Shown: one piece after another, positions 17,886-20,169 of the stretch
Position numbering within the stretch: position 1 is the first letter of the stretch
How the letters are laid out: each line of letters begins with the position of its first letter
Assembly: GCA_963600145.1 (NCBI GenBank)
Contig: CAVCAD010000156.1
Location: forward strand, 1 to 20,169
Direction: 5' to 3'
Source of the DNA: Bacteroidaceae bacterium
GTDB taxonomy: Bacteria > Bacillota_I > Bacilli_A > RF39 > UBA660
DNA: 20,169 bases
Made by a program: the position numbers and the translations under genes
Notes under the pieces: generated by a model
Database searches by the model: none
What the model was told of the DNA's origin: nothing
What the model saw: only the letters and a program-made list of their open reading frames with translations

Positions 17886-18200
17886 TCATTCAAAATCGTC
17901 TTTAATCTATCGTTCTATGTCGTTGTCTTCTGCATATGTATCATAATCTATTTTTCCTACATATTCTCTCCAGAAATGAGAATTATCAGCAGCTTGTCTT
18001 TTACATAATATATAAAAATAATTTGCAAGCTATCCTTGTTCAAGCAAGCTCACAAATTTTTCATCTGGCATTTCTAATAACTATATATAACAATACTGTA
18101 CAAAATCATCTAATGTTTCATCTTTTCTACGTTTCCATACTTTTTCTGGAATATGCAAATGATATATACTATCTATGTAATCACTTTTGTTCAAAAGCAT
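17886..18200 (-). CDS. Sigma-factor region-2-like protein (104 aa, three in-frame TAG)
   Basis: Absent from the track, which shows plus-strand shadow ORFs here instead. ATG 18200; TAG at 18081-18083, 18030-18032 and 17907-17909; TGA at 17886-17888. Translation: MLLNKSDYIDSIYHLHIPEKVWKRRKDETLDDFVQYCYI-TAG-LLEMPDEKFVSLLEQG-TAG-LANYFYILCKRQAADNSHFWREY... This resembles ECF sigma region 2 (eDlvQe...wL..ia.n...d..R) by eye. Confidence 0.4.
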
Positions 18201-18202
18201 AA

Positions 18203-18376
18203 TTAAAATAATTCTTCATTTTTATTATTTGTTGTCTTCTTTTCAATATAAATTATTTTTTTCACTTCTGGCTCATCTTTTTTATCGGGAACATATATTT
18301 TTATATCCGGTAATTTTAAGTCTCTCAGATGTGAAATATCTATATTTAAACAAGATTTTGGATGTAACTTTAGCAT
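18203..18376 (-). CDS. Hypothetical small protein (57 aa)
   Basis: ATG 18376 overlaps the upstream TAA (ATGCTAA), and the stop is TAA at 18203-18205. Translation: MLKLHPKSCLNIDISHLRDLKLPDIKIYVPDKKDEPEVKKIIYIEKKTTNNKNEELF. It fills the gap between flanking genes. Confidence 0.35.
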   Translation of the reverse strand: MLKLHPKSCLNIDISHLRDLKLPDIKIYVPDKKDEPEVKKIIYIEKKTTNNKNEELF

Positions 18377-18636
18377 ATGTTTGTATTTGGATCTTTAGGT
18401 TTACGTTGCGATTTTTTCTTTTCTACACAATATCTTAAAATTTCTTTATCACGTTGATCTCTCATTTCATTATATGCTTTTTCATAATAAATAGATTTTG
18501 TATCTAAATCATTTACTTTGTTTATAGTCTCAATTAATTTATTCTCTATTGCTTTGATGTATTGTCCTAAATAACATACATAACCAATAAATGCTAATGC
18601 AACTAATGCAACTAAAATTCCTATTAAAATATTCAT
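18370..18636 (-). CDS. Single-pass membrane-anchored coiled-coil protein (88 aa; holin- or spanin-like architecture)
   Basis: Intact ORF from ATG 18636 to TAA 18370-18372. It has an N-terminal transmembrane helix (ILIGILVALVALAFIGYVCYL), then a charged helical region and a basic C-terminus. Confidence 0.55.
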   Translation of the reverse strand: MNILIGILVALVALAFIGYVCYLGQYIKAIENKLIETINKVNDLDTKSIYYEKAYNEMRDQRDKEILRYCVEKKKSQRKPKDPNTNIC

Positions 18637-18658
18637 AATAATAATTATTTGTTTTATT

Positions 18659-18674
18659 TTATTTATCTAAGTTT
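18659..18674 (-). promoter_or_regulatory. 16-nt exact repeat, copy 1 (minus sense AAACTTAGATAAATAA, 22 nt upstream of ATG 18636)
   Basis: The plus-strand sequence ttatttatctaagttt is identical to 19416-19431. It lies just downstream (minus sense) of the 18683-18737 terminator. Confidence 0.4.
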
Positions 18675-18682
18675 ATTTTTAT

Positions 18683-18737
18683 AAAAAATGTATTTGGAGA
18701 GAAAAAATAAACTATGGCAAAAAACTCTCCAAATACA
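18683..18737 (-). terminator. Intrinsic terminator after the 212-aa gene
   Basis: Perfect 13-bp stem (18689-18701 tgtatttggagag pairs with 18725-18737 ctctccaaataca) with a 23-nt loop. On the minus strand it is followed by T6 (plus A6 at 18683-18688). Confidence 0.6.
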
Positions 18738-18743
18738 CTTATA

Positions 18744-19382
18744 TTAATTATATCTTAATTTTCCTAATGATCTTTCATTTTGTCTATTATTCCAAAACTC
18801 TTCTAACTTATTTATATCAATAGGCTCTCTCCTAATTAATGGTATCCAATGTCCATCTAATTCTGTATTTGTATCTTGAAAATATTGCATCGCAATATAA
18901 TAAATATCTTTTGGCTCATATTCTATACATTGTTTCTTAACTTTTTGTCCATCAGTTAATGATGAAACCTGTGTCGTTATATTTTGATAATGATATCCAA
19001 CTTGTCTATCTTCATCTAAAATATCATTTATCCAGATCACACCATCCTTCCAAATCGTCGCAACATATCCATAATCAAATTGTTTATTCTCTAATGCATT
19101 TACAGCAGATCTAAACTTTTCACTATTAATTAAATGTGTTGGAAAACTATCTGAAGAAAATTGTCTTTGCTTAACTTCCATTGCATATTTATATTTTGTA
19201 TCTGTAAAACTAAGATCATACCAACAATTACCAACACTATCTTTAATATTCTCTGGTAATATCTTATATATAGAAACTAATAATCTACTAATTATTAATC
19301 TTCCTAATTTATCTTCAAATGGTTTTGTTAACTAATCTTTATATAGATTAAAATATTCATCTAATGTATAAAAATTTTTCAT
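18744..19382 (-). CDS. Hypothetical protein with a PD-(D/E)xK-nuclease-like motif (212 aa, one in-frame TAG)
   Basis: ATG 19382 (MKNFYTLDEYFNLYKD-TAG-LTKPFEDKLGRL...) extends track ORF 18744-19181 through TAG 19332-19334. The stop is TAA at 18744-18746. CWYDLSFTDTKYKYAMEVKQR fits a D-x(n)-E-x-K spacing. The nuclease call is weak. Confidence 0.4.
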
Positions 19383-19415
19383 ATCTTTAAAGTTAATTTT
19401 TTTATTTTCTATATA

Positions 19416-19431
19416 TTATTTATCTAAGTTT
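19416..19431 (-). promoter_or_regulatory. 16-nt exact repeat, copy 2 (33 nt upstream of ATG 19382)
   Basis: Identical 16-mer in the 19383-19445 intergenic spacer. Confidence 0.4.
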
Positions 19432-19445
19432 TTTTTGGAAAAAAA

Positions 19446-20153
19446 TCACAATGATAATAAGCTAGAACAGCTAAATGTTGGTATTCTCATACCTATATTT
19501 GTATGTAACTTAGGTACTTCAAATGTCATCTTTGGAAGATCTTCTGATTTTACTTCTATTTGATTTTCCGTTTTCTGTTCATCTTGCTTTTCTAATAAAT
19601 TATGTTCTTGTGCATAATTTATGCAAGCTTGTCTCATCATTGCTCCATAATCTATGGTATCTTCAGTATTCATAGAAACAACATTTAATTTTACTTCTTT
19701 TGTAAATTCTTTAACTTCTTCTTTTACAATTTCTTTTACAATTTCTTTTACTATAAAGGTATTCTCCATATTTGCAGCCTTAAATAATTTACATATAGTT
19801 GATTTAAATCCTGAAAAACTAAGTTTAGTGATCTTTATTTGCTCAAGCTCTTTCTCCTTCTTTTCTACCAACTTTACATATAATTCAGGAGTCATATATT
19901 TTCCGGCTAATTTATCTTGCTGAATACTCTGCTTATATGCATCTAATGTTCTTTTCTTATAATCAGATAAAATATGTTCAAAATAATTATTTACCCAAGC
20001 ATCATAAGCTTCTTGCCAACTACTGTAAACTCCATTTACATATTTAAAATCTTCCAATGTAAAATGATATTTAACTTGCACCCTCTTAGACTTGCATCGA
20101 TTTGTCAATTCTAATAGCATTTTCTTCGCATCTGTCGCATCTTTTTCATCCAT
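19446..20153 (-). CDS. Hypothetical protein (235 aa)
   Basis: Intact ORF from ATG 20153 to TGA 19446-19448. It contains a short VKEIVKEIVKEEVKE repeat (12-nt tandem repeat at 19719-19752). No motif recognised. Confidence 0.6.
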   Translation of the reverse strand: MDEKDATDAKKMLLELTNRCKSKRVQVKYHFTLEDFKYVNGVYSSWQEAYDAWVNNYFEHILSDYKKRTLDAYKQSIQQDKLAGKYMTPELYVKLVEKKEKELEQIKITKLSFSGFKSTICKLFKAANMENTFIVKEIVKEIVKEEVKEFTKEVKLNVVSMNTEDTIDYGAMMRQACINYAQEHNLLEKQDEQKTENQIEVKSEDLPKMTFEVPKLHTNIGMRIPTFSCSSLLSL

Positions 20154-20169
20154 ACTATAAATTATATTA

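Noticed and set aside
18637-18743. The intergenic spacers (also 6551-6591, 19383-19445, 7132-7180 and 15149-15183) were checked for a suppressor tRNA or other small RNA gene.
   Set aside because: All are shorter than about 110 nt. They are extremely AT-rich and show at most a single hairpin, with no cloverleaf-compatible stems or conserved T-loop sequence. The decoding machinery for TAG must lie outside this window or in the host.
19719-19752. A 12-nt tandem repeat (ttcttttacaat, about 2.8 copies) inside the 235-aa gene.
   Set aside because: It is in-frame and encodes VKEIVKEIVKE. This is a small coding microsatellite with no evident regulatory context, so it is noted only as a minor repeat.
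2961-19923. Nine plus-strand ORFs in the track: 2961-3152, 5191-5433, 6147-6470, 12016-12249, 13100-13354, 14764-15039, 17936-18202, 18187-18438 and 19654-19923.
   Set aside because: Each lies fully antisense to a well-supported minus-strand CDS. Their translations are low-complexity or hydrophobic shadows, for example the Ser-rich mirror of the acidic scaffold at 6147-6470. ORFs 17936-18438 appear only because the true minus-strand genes there are broken by TAG under the standard code.
1-20169. The fragmented ORFs could reflect pseudogenisation, poor assembly or TGA recoding rather than amber reassignment.
   Set aside because: Random decay or sequencing errors would produce a mix of TAA, TGA, TAG and frameshifts. 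Instead, all 38 in-frame stops are TAG and the frames are preserved across them. TGA and TAA both terminate genes at sensible boundaries (for example TGA at 1322, 11745, 17663, 17886 and 19446), so TGA is not recoded.

Overview
Visibly AT-rich window forming one uninterrupted minus-strand gene block of a tailed dsDNA phage or prophage. In transcription order (right to left) it holds: small regulatory, membrane and nuclease-like genes (20.1-17.1 kb); terS, a Dam-methylase remnant and terL (17.1-15.2 kb); an HK97-gp10-like gene, a candidate frameshifting gene, two giant tail-like genes and a tape-measure-like gene (15.1-7.2 kb); XkdF-type protease, scaffold, major capsid, tube-like protein and portal (7.1-3.1 kb); then connector-like genes and a repeat-rich tail fibre that runs off the left edge. 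The main finding is that the standard-code ORF track fragments many genes, and all 38 in-frame stop codons I traced by hand (35 inside genes, 3 that end a track ORF) are TAG, never TAA or TGA. Reading TAG as sense restores full-length TerL, TerS, portal, a 582-aa tape-measure-like protein and a 936-aa tail protein. Gln fits best: the TerL Walker A reads KAKR-TAG-VGKS, matching RQxGK[ST]. The element therefore appears to use an amber-reassigned code (translation table 15-like), with TAA and TGA as the true terminators. Other observations:
- TAG is absent from the protease-scaffold-capsid-tube block and from a 3.1-kb stretch of tail genes.
- A candidate -1 programmed frameshift sits on a T9 run.
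- Three ORFs end at a TAG that is followed shortly by a real stop.
- A sigma-factor-like pair is split over two frames.
- A truncated T4-Dam-like fragment is translationally coupled to terL.
- An 18-nt motif abuts four start codons, and a separate 16-nt exact repeat lies upstream of two genes.
- The tail-fibre gene contains near-identical 93-nt in-frame tandem repeats.
I found no tRNA, CRISPR array or plus-strand gene. All functional calls rest on by-eye motif recognition and need HMM or structure searches.
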